Of a stretch of DNA of 61,534 nt, positions 44,573 to 54,049 are shown in pieces. The first letter of the stretch is position 1, and every line of letters begins with the position of its first letter. Location: positions 1 through 61,534 of the IMG/VR virus record IMGVR_UViG_3300010366_000013; one strand, 5' to 3'. This DNA comes from a virus (lineage: Duplodnaviria; Caudoviricetes). A program made the translations under genes and the position numbers. Under the pieces are notes generated by a model. That model ran no database searches. It was not told where the DNA came from and saw only the letters and a list, made by a program, of their open reading frames with translations.

Positions 44573-44748
44573 CGCGGATGCTGATCCTCGTGGCGCTCGG
44601 ATTGCTGCTAGCCGGGTGCGAACCTGGCGACGCCAACCCTGACCTGTGCGCCGCCGTTTTCGTCTTTAACTCCACGGTCAACTGCCAGCAGCGCGACCAC
44701 AGTTGCGGCGGCAAGCCGACCACGACGCAGATAGTCAATCCTCGCTGA
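44569..44748 (+). CDS. small lipoprotein
   Basis: MTRMLILVALGLLLAGC lipobox. Confidence 0.65.
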   Translation: MTRMLILVALGLLLAGCEPGDANPDLCAAVFVFNSTVNCQQRDHSCGGKPTTTQIVNPR

Positions 44749-44995
44749 GGTCGGTTCCGATCATCTTGGCGTTGATCGCGATTAATCCAGGAACCTCGGC
44801 AACGTGCGCCGCTAAAAGCTCGTCGCGCAGCTTCTTTGTCGCCTCGACATCACCCGGGACAACGAACCCGGCGAGCCACATCGCCAATAGGTCGCACAGC
44901 ACCGCGCCTTGAATGCCGGGATCTTGTTCGGCGAGGATCGGCCGGATTTTCTCGACGAGCGGGCCGACCGCCCGTACAGCTTCGTCATCATCCAT
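44735..44995 (-). CDS. hypothetical protein
   Basis: MDDDEAVRAVGPLVEKIRPILA...; TGATG overlap with recT. Confidence 0.65.
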   Translation of the reverse strand: MDDDEAVRAVGPLVEKIRPILAEQDPGIQGAVLCDLLAMWLAGFVVPGDVEATKKLRDELLAAHVAEVPGLIAINAKMIGTDLSED

Positions 44996-46563
44996 CAGCC
45001 GAGCTCCCGCCACTTCTCCTCGATCGCGCGTTCCAGCGCGTTGGCGTCGCCGCTGGTCAGCCCGCTGCGGGCGGCGCGCAGGTTCTCGTCGTTGTCGGCG
45101 AGGAAGAGGGCAAAGTCGGTCGAGTTGTTGATGTCTTTGCGCATCCGCGGCTGGAAGATCGCCACCGACCAGGCGCGCCAATCGCGCCTGCCAGACCGCA
45201 TGGGCGGATCGTCGACGCGGAACGCACCATCCTCTGTGCTTTCGTCGGTGGGGTTGTCGAGGGGAAACGGCACCGGTTCACCAGTAGACGAGGGGCCAGC
45301 CGCCGGGGCGGGGGTCGTGGAGGTAGCACCCGGTGCGCTCGCGGCAGGCGCGGCAGTAGGGCGCGGCGGCGGGCCTGCGGGCGGCGCTGGTGGCGCGCTG
45401 GGCGGCGGAACGGGATTCCCCCCTGCTGCGGGGCGTTCAGCGCTTTCGCTCGTCTGTGGGCCTCCTACGCGCTCCGCCCGCCCGGCCGCGGTGTCGCGCT
45501 CAGCGGCGATGTCGCGCAGCCCGCGGTAAAGCACCGCCAGGTCGCCGCCGATCTGCTTCCCCAGCGCCTCGATCGTCGCGAGGTTGGTTTCGTAGCAACC
45601 ATCGAGCGCGCCGAGCCCGCGCCGCGCCGCTTCCTCCAACAACAGCCGCAGCGCCTTGTCGGTGGCACCGGCGGATAGGTCGAGCTCGTTGCCGTCGAGA
45701 TCGATGACGGCAAAGGTCGGCTCACTGTCCTCCTCGTGCTCGATCACCGTCGGGCGCACCGGCTCGGGCGGCACGGGCGTGCGCTCGATCGCCGGAAAAC
45801 CGGGGATGTCGTCGAGGATAGGCGGCTCGTCGTCGCGGTCGAACAACCTGGTGATCTCGGCCGACTGTGGCGCGTCTTTCGAGGCGTGCTTGAGCACCGT
45901 CTTGCAGCAAGCCTCGTCGTAGAATTTCGTCCACATCAGCCCTTCTTTTTGCCGAGACTGCCCGTGCGCCTGTTCGATTCGCTGGCGGCTCATCACGTCG
46001 CGGATGATGCCGCCGTTCCGCAGCCGGATGATCGCGTAGGCACCGATGATCTCGCCGCGCTCCTCCCCGAGCGCGGGCGGTTCGTGTTCGATGAACGGCT
46101 GGTCGCCGAGCGCATAGCGGAACCGGTCGTTGCGGCACACCACCTCGGCCTCGACCGTTAGCACCTCGCCAGAGTTGGTCATCCGCCGCTTGATGCCGGC
46201 GACCATTGGTAGGTATTGCACAGCGTCGATGCGGAATTTCTCGTCGAGCCCGGTGCCCGGGTTTCGCATCTTGATTTCGGTATTGTAGACGACGAGCGCG
46301 CAGTCCTTGCCGTCGGGCATCAGCCCGTCGACTGCGGCCTTGACCGCCGAATTGTAGAGCGTGCGCCGGTCGGCGTAGAGCAAGTCGGGGTTGGTGGCGA
46401 CAGCGGTCACGAGGACGCGCTTGAATTTGTCGATGTCGACATGCGCCGGCAGCGCTTGTTCGATCGAGGGCGCAAACTTATCGAGTTCGGTCTGGAATGC
46501 CTGGATGCGCTCGACATTGGCGCGCCGCGCAAGCGCCAGCGGGCTCTGTGGTTGTGCTGCCAT
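44995..46563 (-). CDS. recT: RecT-family single-strand annealing protein with a long C-terminal extension
   Basis: ALPAHVDIDKFKRV, NPDL, GLMPDG, QYLPMVAG, IIGAYA and WTKFYDEACCKTVLK motifs; GAGGAGG RBS. Confidence 0.9.
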   Translation of the reverse strand: MAAQPQSPLALARRANVERIQAFQTELDKFAPSIEQALPAHVDIDKFKRVLVTAVATNPDLLYADRRTLYNSAVKAAVDGLMPDGKDCALVVYNTEIKMRNPGTGLDEKFRIDAVQYLPMVAGIKRRMTNSGEVLTVEAEVVCRNDRFRYALGDQPFIEHEPPALGEERGEIIGAYAIIRLRNGGIIRDVMSRQRIEQAHGQSRQKEGLMWTKFYDEACCKTVLKHASKDAPQSAEITRLFDRDDEPPILDDIPGFPAIERTPVPPEPVRPTVIEHEEDSEPTFAVIDLDGNELDLSAGATDKALRLLLEEAARRGLGALDGCYETNLATIEALGKQIGGDLAVLYRGLRDIAAERDTAAGRAERVGGPQTSESAERPAAGGNPVPPPSAPPAPPAGPPPRPTAAPAASAPGATSTTPAPAAGPSSTGEPVPFPLDNPTDESTEDGAFRVDDPPMRSGRRDWRAWSVAIFQPRMRKDINNSTDFALFLADNDENLRAARSGLTSGDANALERAIEEKWRELG

Positions 46564-46877
46564 CACGACACCTCCTCGTGTTCGACCTTTGCGGCGCCAA
46601 GGAGGGCATCGACCATCGCGCGCCAGACATCGGACATCGGCACCTCGCAATCGTGCGCGCCTTCGGCGAGGGAAGCGTTTTTTCCTGCCGCGGCCATCGC
46701 CGCCGATGGTTCGCGCAGTTCGGCAATCGCGGCGCACATACCCTCGCGCACCCACGCCTTTACCTGGTCGCTGGCATGTTCCCAGACCGGCGCTTGCCGC
46801 TCACCCGCCAGAAAATCGGCCGCAAACCAGTGGCGCATATAAGCGGCGCGGCAGGCGCGCTCGATCACCTCGTTCAT
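46563..46877 (-). CDS. hypothetical protein
   Basis: IERACRA...AIAELREPS..M..AG...WRAMVDALL phage motif. Confidence 0.7.
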   Translation of the reverse strand: MNEVIERACRAAYMRHWFAADFLAGERQAPVWEHASDQVKAWVREGMCAAIAELREPSAAMAAAGKNASLAEGAHDCEVPMSDVWRAMVDALLGAAKVEHEEVS

Positions 46878-47677
46878 CGTACCCTCGCGACGTTTTCGAT
46901 CTTCGCCTCGACCCCGGGGATGTCGACACCGCGCGCCACCGTGTCGACCCCGAGGTTGCGCAGGTGTCGGGTGAAGATTTCCTTGACGACCTGTTTCAGA
47001 GTCGGCACCAGCGGCGACTTGATGAGCCAGCCGCAGGCTTTGCGCAGATCGGTGATCTCGCAAACGATCTGCCGCTGGGTCGATACCTGGCCGAGGGCGG
47101 CGCGCACCGGCTCGGGGCGGATCCCCGCAGCCTGACGGCCGAGCCGCTCGGCGGCGTCCTCGGCCTGCATCGCGGCGAGCTCCTCGGCGACGCTGCCGCT
47201 GCCGGTCGCCTTCTTCTCCTCGGCGGCGCGCCGGGCGGCTTCCGCCTCGGCCTGGCGGCGATTCTGTTCGGCGGTGATGCGGTCGCGTTCGGCCTGCGCC
47301 TCGGCCGCGCGCTTGCGCTCGTAGAGGGTCAGCGTGCCGCGCAATCCGCTGCGCGCATCGACCCCGATGATCTCGGTCAGCGCGTCGGCGATCGGCTTAT
47401 AGGCTTGGTCGATCGTCTTGAGTGTCTCGGTATAAGGCGCGCGCGCGGCGTTGCGCTGGGCCTCGACCTCACCGCGATGGGCCCGGCACAGCCCGACCAG
47501 ATCGACAATCTTGGCCGCGCTCTCGTCGTCGATGATGATCGCGGTCGCGGCAACGCCGGCGAGCTCCTCGAGCCGCGCCTTGAGCGGCGCCACCTCCTCG
47601 GCCAGGCGCTCGCCGAGCGGCGGCTGATTGTGCCCGATGCCGGGCTCGAGTTCGCGGGCAAGCTGGTTGTCGCTCAT
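46874..47677 (-). CDS. coiled-coil recombination-module protein
   Basis: GIGHNQPP N-terminus and long helical region. Confidence 0.7.
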   Translation of the reverse strand: MSDNQLARELEPGIGHNQPPLGERLAEEVAPLKARLEELAGVAATAIIIDDESAAKIVDLVGLCRAHRGEVEAQRNAARAPYTETLKTIDQAYKPIADALTEIIGVDARSGLRGTLTLYERKRAAEAQAERDRITAEQNRRQAEAEAARRAAEEKKATGSGSVAEELAAMQAEDAAERLGRQAAGIRPEPVRAALGQVSTQRQIVCEITDLRKACGWLIKSPLVPTLKQVVKEIFTRHLRNLGVDTVARGVDIPGVEAKIENVARVR

Positions 47678-48042
47678 GCGGTGTTCTCCCGGCTGAAATC
47701 GGGCAGCGGCACCTGGCGCGGATCGACTTTGCGCTGCGGTCGTAGCTCGGGCGCGTCAGGGCGATGCTCCTCGGCCCAGCGCAGCCGGGTGAGTTGATAG
47801 CGATATTCGGCCTCGCTGATCGGCTGCAGGTATTTCCAGTGCGGGGATTGCCAGTAGAACCGCTCGGTAACGAGCTCGGGCGGCACCACCTCGCCCGCCA
47901 CGTCGGCGCACCACACGGTCGCCGGCCACCGATCGCGCGGGTTGTCGGGGCACCCGGGTTCGTGGTCGACCTCGATGAGGCGGGCCGGCACTAGCGGGCC
48001 GTCGCGCCGCAGCCGCATCAGGAAATAGCGCGCCGGGGTCAC
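47674..48042 (-). CDS. hypothetical protein
   Basis: YFLMRLRRDGPLVPAR...PISEAEYRY; coupled. Confidence 0.7.
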   Translation of the reverse strand: MTPARYFLMRLRRDGPLVPARLIEVDHEPGCPDNPRDRWPATVWCADVAGEVVPPELVTERFYWQSPHWKYLQPISEAEYRYQLTRLRWAEEHRPDAPELRPQRKVDPRQVPLPDFSRENTA

Positions 48043-48248
48043 TCTGGCCTCCCGACCAACTCCTCGAGTCGCATGATCGCGCTCCGCAACATCCGCCGGC
48101 GGGTCGCCGGGGAGTGCACATACCAGGCGCTGACCGTGTCGCGCGCCGCCGCGATCAACTCGTCGCCAAGCCGGCGTTCGATCGACGCAAGCGGCGCGCC
48201 CACCTCGTCGAGCATCGCCTGTTCGACATTGAGCCGTCGCGCGATCAT
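48039..48248 (-). CDS. hypothetical protein
   Basis: 69 aa, GGAGG RBS. Confidence 0.6.
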   Translation of the reverse strand: MIARRLNVEQAMLDEVGAPLASIERRLGDELIAAARDTVSAWYVHSPATRRRMLRSAIMRLEELVGRPE

Positions 48249-48332
48249 CGGCGACCCTCCCTACCGGCTCAGGGACTGCCCCCAGACGAGCCGCTCGGGA
48301 TGCGCCAGCGGGGGAACGTCAGGCGAACGGGC

Positions 48333-48570
48333 GGTGCAATTTGGTGTAACCCTGGTGTAATGGCTGGCCGTTTTTGTTCTCTTTTGGGCGTGTTTGAGCG
48401 TTTTCAAGCGCGCCCAGATATGGGCGAAAACCCGCAGAAACCCTAGGAAATCTGGATTATAGCTCGTCAGCATGCTGGTGCCCGCCGGACATGTGTTTCA
48501 CCGTCATTTTCTGCTTTTTGATCAGTTATTTATCCTGGCCGCCTCAGTGCCTGGTGCAATCAGGGTGTAA
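48333..48570. other. putative attP with integrase arm-type repeats
   Basis: GGTGYAA at 48333, 48343, 48354 and 48553, 48564, flanking a non-coding core next to the integrase 3' end. Confidence 0.6.
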
Positions 48571-49733
48571 CGATTGTACTGGTTGCGCGCTTCGGCTTGC
48601 TCGACGAGCGCAGCCGGCAATCCCCAGATCTGCCCGATGATCCGCTCTTCGCCAAAGGCTACCGTTTGGCGGTAAATCTCGACCTCCCGGTAGCTCTCCC
48701 AGCCGCCCTCTTCCTTTAGCGCCGCGAGGTCGTGGTGGATCGCGTAGAACCACGAGGCCCAACTGGCGCGCATGTCATGCGGCGTCAGCTTCCGGGTTAT
48801 CCCGGCCCGCAGTAGCGTCTTGCGCCACCCGGTGCCGATCGACGGGCCGCTCGGCGGCAGCACCTTGTCGCCGCCCTTTTCCACTGCCTGAAACGCGTAG
48901 GGGCGTCGCCGTTTGACGCTGCCGTCAGCCCGCGCCACCGTCTCCCACATAAAGACAGGCCCGGTGCGGTCGCCCGGCAACCCGGCCAGCAACTCGATAC
49001 CGACTGGCGGCAGTGCCGCGATGCGGGTCTTCCCCATCTTGGTCTTCTCGCCGAGGAACGTCGCCGTCGCGGCGCGCAGGTTGACCTCGTTCCAATCGAG
49101 CGTCAGCGCCTCGCCGATCCGCGCCCCGCAGCAAAAGCAAAACAGGCAAAGGTCGCGGAAATGCCGGGACGCGGCACCGAGGAAGCGCACCGCTTCAGAC
49201 GGACGAAAAAAATCGGTATCCGGTGTCTCGATCGTCGGCAGTTTATATTTCGGTCGCGCACACATCGGCGGATTGCTGTCGGCACCGAAGTTCATCACCG
49301 CGCGCAGCGGCGTCACGATCTTCGCCCGCACCGTTGCCGGCGTGGCATTGACCCCGTCGCGCAGCATCGCCTTCTTGAGGCGGGTGACCACCGCGTCACC
49401 GACCGCATCGGCGGCCGGGAAGCCCCTGCCCAGCGCGGCGACGATATCCTTAACCCGCTTGATCTGCGACGGGTGGCGCGGCTCATGCTCTAGATAAGCT
49501 TCGGCGATGTCCGAGAGCGGCCGATCGCGATCACTTGGGCGCTCGAGCCCGAGGTCGGCGGCTGTTTTGTCTCGGAGCATTTTGGCCTCGAGGCGCGCCG
49601 CTTCGGCTTCGACAGCGGCTTTGTCGCGGCCGATCTTCCGAGGAGTCTGTCGAAGGAACTCGTATCCTGGGACGGTGCCGACAATTTGGTAGACGCCTGG
49701 ACGGTCGGGTCGCTCTTTGACGTTGAGGTACAT
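48522..49733 (-). CDS. int: tyrosine recombinase / integrase
   Basis: GARIGEAL.L.W, KTK, PHDMRASWAS, GGW and downstream Y catalytic pattern. Confidence 0.9.
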   Translation of the reverse strand: MYLNVKERPDRPGVYQIVGTVPGYEFLRQTPRKIGRDKAAVEAEAARLEAKMLRDKTAADLGLERPSDRDRPLSDIAEAYLEHEPRHPSQIKRVKDIVAALGRGFPAADAVGDAVVTRLKKAMLRDGVNATPATVRAKIVTPLRAVMNFGADSNPPMCARPKYKLPTIETPDTDFFRPSEAVRFLGAASRHFRDLCLFCFCCGARIGEALTLDWNEVNLRAATATFLGEKTKMGKTRIAALPPVGIELLAGLPGDRTGPVFMWETVARADGSVKRRRPYAFQAVEKGGDKVLPPSGPSIGTGWRKTLLRAGITRKLTPHDMRASWASWFYAIHHDLAALKEEGGWESYREVEIYRQTVAFGEERIIGQIWGLPAALVEQAEARNQYNRYTLIAPGTEAARINN

Positions 49734-49909
49734 GTTCGTAGAGCCTCCTCAAATTTTGCCTGGGCTATCGAGTCGAAGCGAATCGCTCGCCCGCGGCCGG
49801 TGGTTAAGACGGGAACCTGATGTTTGCGCACGACGTCGCGCACAGCGCGCTCCGACATGCGGTAGTGCTCACAAACCTCTTCGAGCGTGAGGGGGCGCTC
49901 GCGATCCAT
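49490..49909 (-). CDS. xis: excisionase-like HTH protein
   Basis: PLTLEEVCEHYRMSERAVRD...GRAIRF; directly upstream of and overlapping int. Confidence 0.7.
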   Translation of the reverse strand: MDRERPLTLEEVCEHYRMSERAVRDVVRKHQVPVLTTGRGRAIRFDSIAQAKFEEALRTCTSTSKSDPTVQASTKLSAPSQDTSSFDRLLGRSAATKPLSKPKRRASRPKCSETKQPPTSGSSAQVIAIGRSRTSPKLI

Positions 49910-49915
49910 GTCGCG

Positions 49916-49946
49916 ATCCTACCCGAATTGTTCCCCGCGTGGCAAC
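49916..49946 (-). promoter_or_regulatory. xis-int promoter with operator
   Basis: TTGCCA-N18-TAGGAT ending 6 nt before the ATG (possibly leaderless); GTTCC-N7-GCAAC at 49930-49946. Confidence 0.6.
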
Positions 49947-49954
49947 AGGGCAAG

Positions 49955-50275
49955 TTAACCTGTGTTGCCCGAAAGAAAACGTTGGAACCGCGGCGGCACC
50001 GGAGCCGAGAGATCGGCCTCGGGGTGGCGCTCCACCCCCATAAAATCGAAATTCAGCCGGTGCAGCATGACCTCCGCCAGCATCGTCTCGCGGCGCAGTG
50101 CGATGAGAACCTCGCCGTTTACCGGGGCTTCCAGCGCCGCGAGCCCGGCCACCGCGGTCGCCACCAGGGGGAGGATTTCGAAGAATTCTTTCGGAGAGAG
50201 GCGGCGTACAGCCAACCAGAGCGCTTCCGGGTTGGGATTGTCGACCAGGCTTTGCCAGCGTTCTTCTTTGGTCAC
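49955..50275 (-). CDS. hypothetical protein
   Basis: 106 aa downstream of the repressor; GGAG RBS. Confidence 0.5.
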   Translation of the reverse strand: MTKEERWQSLVDNPNPEALWLAVRRLSPKEFFEILPLVATAVAGLAALEAPVNGEVLIALRRETMLAEVMLHRLNFDFMGVERHPEADLSAPVPPRFQRFLSGNTG

Positions 50276-50335
50276 CTCTCCGTCTTATCAACGAATCTCG
50301 CAACTGGCACTACACTTTTGCGTAACAAAACGTAA

Positions 50336-50659
50336 TTATTCGACGTGATTGTCGAGAACGGCCTTGATCAGCCGCAGCGCCCGCGCCGTCTCGGTGTGCG
50401 AGCACCGCCCAAGCACCTTCCACAGTTCGGCGGCATCGCCCGGCTGGTGGGTGATTAGATCGCCTGTGGTGCATCCAATCACAGTCGCATACGCTTCAAG
50501 GATTTCCTTGTAATACGGGCGCTTGTCGTTCTCGATCCGCGACAAAGTCGACTTGGCGAACCCCGTCTCCTTCGCCATCTGCCCGAGGCTTAGCCCGTGG
50601 TGCTCGCGCCATTCCCGCAGGAAATGTGACGGTTTGTGTGTGGACGGCGTGTCATCCAT
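50336..50659 (-). CDS. CI-like XRE repressor (no peptidase domain)
   Basis: FLREWREHHGLSLGQMA..TGFAKSTLSRIEN HTH; divergent from the Cro-like gene. Confidence 0.85.
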   Translation of the reverse strand: MDDTPSTHKPSHFLREWREHHGLSLGQMAKETGFAKSTLSRIENDKRPYYKEILEAYATVIGCTTGDLITHQPGDAAELWKVLGRCSHTETARALRLIKAVLDNHVE

Positions 50660-50693
50660 CGTTATTCATAACCTGTGTTAAGTTGGCGCGTAA

Positions 50694-50782
50694 GTTGCCA
50701 TAGCCGCAACTCGTCCGCAATAGATGCACAGTGGTTGCATAGAAATCAACATCTCCTTGACGAGGGTTGCCGTCAGGGGAAC
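50694..50782. promoter_or_regulatory. immunity switch with three 17-bp operators
   Basis: GTTGC-N7-GCAAC (50694), GTTGC-N7-TCAAC (50734) and GTTGC-N7-GGAAC (50766) between the divergent HTH genes. Confidence 0.8.
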
Positions 50783-50793
50783 GATGTCGGGTG

Positions 50794-51036
50794 ATGACAC
50801 CCCGCGCAGAAGTCTACGAACACCCCATAACCGCGTATCGCCGACGGCACGAGTTGACCCTTGAGGCGATGGGTGCGCGGTGCAAACCGCCGATCGCAAA
50901 ATCGACGCTCAGCCGCATCGAATCCGGGTTGCGCAAGCCGTCCTTTGATGTGCTGCAGGCGATCGTCTCTGCGTGCGGCGGCGAGGTCACTGCCGACGAG
51001 ATAATCCGCGCCACTCCCCGCGAGGTGGCCGCATGA
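50794..51036 (+). CDS. Cro-like XRE regulator
   Basis: YRRRHELTLEAMG...IAKSTLSRIESG; shares AKSTLSRIE with the repressor. Confidence 0.85.
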   Translation: MTPRAEVYEHPITAYRRRHELTLEAMGARCKPPIAKSTLSRIESGLRKPSFDVLQAIVSACGGEVTADEIIRATPREVAA

Positions 51037-51114
51037 GTTTCCGCCGGGGCTAACCGGCGGGCCAAAACCCCGATCGGAGCCCCTCGTTTCCCCCAGCGCA
51101 GGTTAGGTTCCGAA

Positions 51115-51693
51115 ATGGCCGAATCCCTCTCCGATGCCGCGCAGCATCTCTCCAACAGCAACGAGGTCACGCAGGCGATCAGCCTCGGCTTTCACGCCGA
51201 GATGGACGCGCTCGATGACGAATCGTTGTCGATCCGCAACGCGCGCAAAAAGCTGCGGCTGCGGATCAAACAGGCCGGCATCAACCTCCGCGGCTTTGAC
51301 CGGGCGCGCAACGACCTAGAGCGATCCGGCACCGACCGTGAGGCCGAGGATCTCGAATACCGCCGCCAGATGGCGTGGAACGCAAAACCCGTTGGCTTCC
51401 AGCCGACAATGGATCTGGGTGACGCGGTCGACGAGGGGCTGCGTGCGCTCAACGTCCACGAGCTCCACCGGATCGATACCGATGGGTTTGAGGCGGGTCG
51501 CGCCGGCCACAAGCGCGGCGTGAACCCGTGGAGCCTCGGCACCGAGGCGTACCAGCGCTGGGACACGGCGTGGGTGCGCGGCCAGGCGGCTATCGCCTCG
51601 ACCTTGAACGGCAGCGGCGGGAACGGCGCAAAGCGCCGCGGCCGACCGCGCAAGGACGCCACCGCGAACGACGACGATCAGCCGGCGGCGTAG
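51115..51693 (+). CDS. hypothetical protein (GapR-like N-terminus, RMF-like C-terminal motif)
   Basis: IKQAGINLRGF and GFEAGRAG...NPW...W..AW..GQ. Confidence 0.55.
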   Translation: MAESLSDAAQHLSNSNEVTQAISLGFHAEMDALDDESLSIRNARKKLRLRIKQAGINLRGFDRARNDLERSGTDREAEDLEYRRQMAWNAKPVGFQPTMDLGDAVDEGLRALNVHELHRIDTDGFEAGRAGHKRGVNPWSLGTEAYQRWDTAWVRGQAAIASTLNGSGGNGAKRRGRPRKDATANDDDQPAA

Positions 51694-51698
51694 CGCCG

Positions 51699-52223
51699 AT
51701 GTTCCGCCCGGTCTTCGTTCGGTTGTCCGCGCGGACGATCGCGAAAGCCGATCGCTATGGGCTGGCGCGCCATTGGATGGCCTTGGGCCATCGGTTGCGC
51801 GACGTCAATAATCTGATCGTCGACGAGCTCGCTGCCCTCGCGCTGCACATCCTCGGCTGTCGCACCGAACTGGCGGGGCAGGGATTTTTGCCGTCGGCCC
51901 GTTGGTTGCCGCTGGAGGATATCCGCGGCGGCGATGAGAAGAAGCTGCCCGATCTCGTTTTGCCGTCTGGGTTGTCGATCGACGTAAAGGGCAGCGAGCT
52001 CGATCGGCACCGGCTCATCGCGCCGGTGAACAGCCTCGTCGAGAAATACGCCTATCTGTTCATTACCGCCGAGCACCATCCCCGCTACATGATCCACGGG
52101 TGGCTGTGGGGTGATGAGTTGCTGCGCTGCCCGGTGCGCGAGCTTCTCCCACGGCGCCCCTGCTATGTCGCCGATCGGCCGCTCCGCGATCCGCGCGAAC
52201 TGCTTGCAGCGGGGGTCGCATGA
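51699..52223 (+). CDS. putative PD-(D/E)xK-fold protein
   Basis: G..TELA, PDLVL...IDVKG, IHGW motifs. Confidence 0.55.
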   Translation: MFRPVFVRLSARTIAKADRYGLARHWMALGHRLRDVNNLIVDELAALALHILGCRTELAGQGFLPSARWLPLEDIRGGDEKKLPDLVLPSGLSIDVKGSELDRHRLIAPVNSLVEKYAYLFITAEHHPRYMIHGWLWGDELLRCPVRELLPRRPCYVADRPLRDPRELLAAGVA

Positions 52224-52846
52224 TCCTCGCGCTCGACCCCGCGACCACGGTTGGCTGGGCGGCCGGCGCGCCCGGCGAGACGCCGACCTGGGGCTCGCGG
52301 CAATTCGACGGCAAGGCGACGGGCGCGGTCGTCGGGCTCTTCCGGCACTGGCTCATCGAGCGGTGCCGCGAGTTGCACCCGACACTCGTCGTGTTCGAGG
52401 CGCCGTACATTCCCCGCCCCAACGCCGCCGTGCCAATCAACGCGAAAACGCTGCGCCGATTGCTGGGGCTGGTCGCGACGATCGAGGCGGTGTCTTGGGA
52501 ACTGCGCGTGCGCTGCTACGAGACGACGGCGCTCGACATCGCCCGCTTTTTTGTCGGCTCGGCGCGGATGCCGCGCAACGCCAAGAAGGCGGCCACGATC
52601 GATATGTGCCGGCGCTACGGTTGGCACGTCACCAATGACAACGAGGCCGACGCCTTGGCCTTGTGGCACCTGGCCGAGGCGACCGTCGCGCCCGAGATCG
52701 GGCTGCGCCGCGGCGCCGGCCCGCTGATGCTGCCACCGAAGCCTGAAATGCGAGCGCCCCCGGGTGTGACGAACCAGAGGGCGCTCTTTCCGCCAACCAC
52801 CAACACCCCGACGGAGGGACGACTAGATGGACGGATTACGCGATGA
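52220..52846 (+). CDS. RuvC-like Holliday junction resolvase
   Basis: ILALDPATTVGWA, VVFEAP, K and DNEADALAL motifs. Confidence 0.8.
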   Translation: MILALDPATTVGWAAGAPGETPTWGSRQFDGKATGAVVGLFRHWLIERCRELHPTLVVFEAPYIPRPNAAVPINAKTLRRLLGLVATIEAVSWELRVRCYETTALDIARFFVGSARMPRNAKKAATIDMCRRYGWHVTNDNEADALALWHLAEATVAPEIGLRRGAGPLMLPPKPEMRAPPGVTNQRALFPPTTNTPTEGRLDGRITR

Positions 52847-53023
52847 TGTAAGGGCTGTTAACGATATTCCAAGACTCGGGGTCGATCTCGACCTCCCCGG
52901 GCTCGACCGCGGGCCGCCGCGCTTCCAACGCTGGCGACCGCGGCTCGGAACCTGGCAGCACCTACGCCAGCCGCTTCGGCGGGTTCTCAAGCGCACGTAC
53001 CGCCTCTCAGGATTGTAAGCCCG

Positions 53024-54049
53024 ATGCTGCAGTTCTCACCCGCCGACGTCGAGCGGGCGCGCACCCGCTTTGACATTGTCGCGGCCGAGGTAGCGCTCAA
53101 ACGCCGCGGCCGGGAGCTCGTCGGGCTCTGCCCGTTCCACAACGAGCGGACGCCGAGTTTCGCGATCGTCCCGCATAAGGTCTTCATGCACTGCCACGGT
53201 TGCGGCTGGCACGGCACTGTCGTGGATTTTGTCATGCAGCGCCGCAACGTCTCGTTTTTCGACGCGATGCGGATCCTGCTTAATCTGCCGTCGCTGCCGC
53301 CGAAAGAAGACCACGCCCCGCGCGCCGCCCGGCGCGACGATGATCGCAGCGATGCCGTCGCTGACGCGCGGGCGATCTGGGCCGAATCCTCGACCATCGA
53401 TCGGCGCCTGGTGCGCCTCTACCTCGACAGCCGGTATCTGCGCCGCGATATCCCCGACGCGATCCGCGAGCACCCCGCGCTCTATTGCCCCGAGCGACAC
53501 GCCAAGATGCCGGCGCTGGTCGCGGCGTTCCACAACAGCCGCGGCGACCTCACCGCGGTGCAGCGGATCTGGCTTGAGCACAAATTTGTGACCGTCGGCG
53601 GCGACGGCGGCGACCCGAAGGGCTCGCGCCTCAAGAATGTCCCGAAAAAGAGCCGCGGCGTGCTTGGCGACGGCGCGGTGCGCCTGGCGCCACCGGGGCC
53701 GTTTTTGGGGTTCGCCGAGGGTATAGAAACCGCGCTCGCGGCGCAGCATCTCCACCGCATCCCGGTGTGGGCGCTCGGCGGGCTGGCGCGGCTCGGCTAT
53801 CCCGAGCACCGCGATCAGCACACCGGAAAGCTGATCGCCGAGCGGCCGCCGACGGTATGGGTGCCGCCCGAGGTGCAGCACATCGTGCTGTTCGGCGACG
53901 CGAACGAGATCGGCCAAATCGTGGCGGAATTCGCCGCTGGTTGGTGGCGGCGCCAGAAGCGCTCGGCCGAGGCGATTATGCCCGATTTCGGGTTTGGCGA
54001 TTTTCAAGATCAGTTGCGGGTCGCAGTGCTCGCCGGGGCGGTGCGATGA
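53024..54049 (+). CDS. DNA primase (CHC2 zinc finger plus Toprim)
   Basis: GLCPFHNERTPSF, HCHGCG, AEGIETALA, FGDAN and DFQD motifs. Confidence 0.9.
   Translation: MLQFSPADVERARTRFDIVAAEVALKRRGRELVGLCPFHNERTPSFAIVPHKVFMHCHGCGWHGTVVDFVMQRRNVSFFDAMRILLNLPSLPPKEDHAPRAARRDDDRSDAVADARAIWAESSTIDRRLVRLYLDSRYLRRDIPDAIREHPALYCPERHAKMPALVAAFHNSRGDLTAVQRIWLEHKFVTVGGDGGDPKGSRLKNVPKKSRGVLGDGAVRLAPPGPFLGFAEGIETALAAQHLHRIPVWALGGLARLGYPEHRDQHTGKLIAERPPTVWVPPEVQHIVLFGDANEIGQIVAEFAAGWWRRQKRSAEAIMPDFGFGDFQDQLRVAVLAGAVR

Noticed and set aside
46391-47797. Long antisense ORFs (e.g. 46391-47797, 15820-17040, 53036-54007, 11005-12186)
   Set aside because: Mirror frames of genes with high GC3 codon bias; no motifs or RBS.
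48431-48447. GCAGAAACCCTAG resembling the array loop repeat
   Set aside because: A single isolated partial match with no flanking edge repeats; treated as chance.
50694-50782. Host LexA boxes as the identity of the 17-bp operator
   Set aside because: The alphaproteobacterial LexA box is a GTTC-N7-GTTC direct repeat; this site is an inverted repeat clustered between the phage's own HTH genes.
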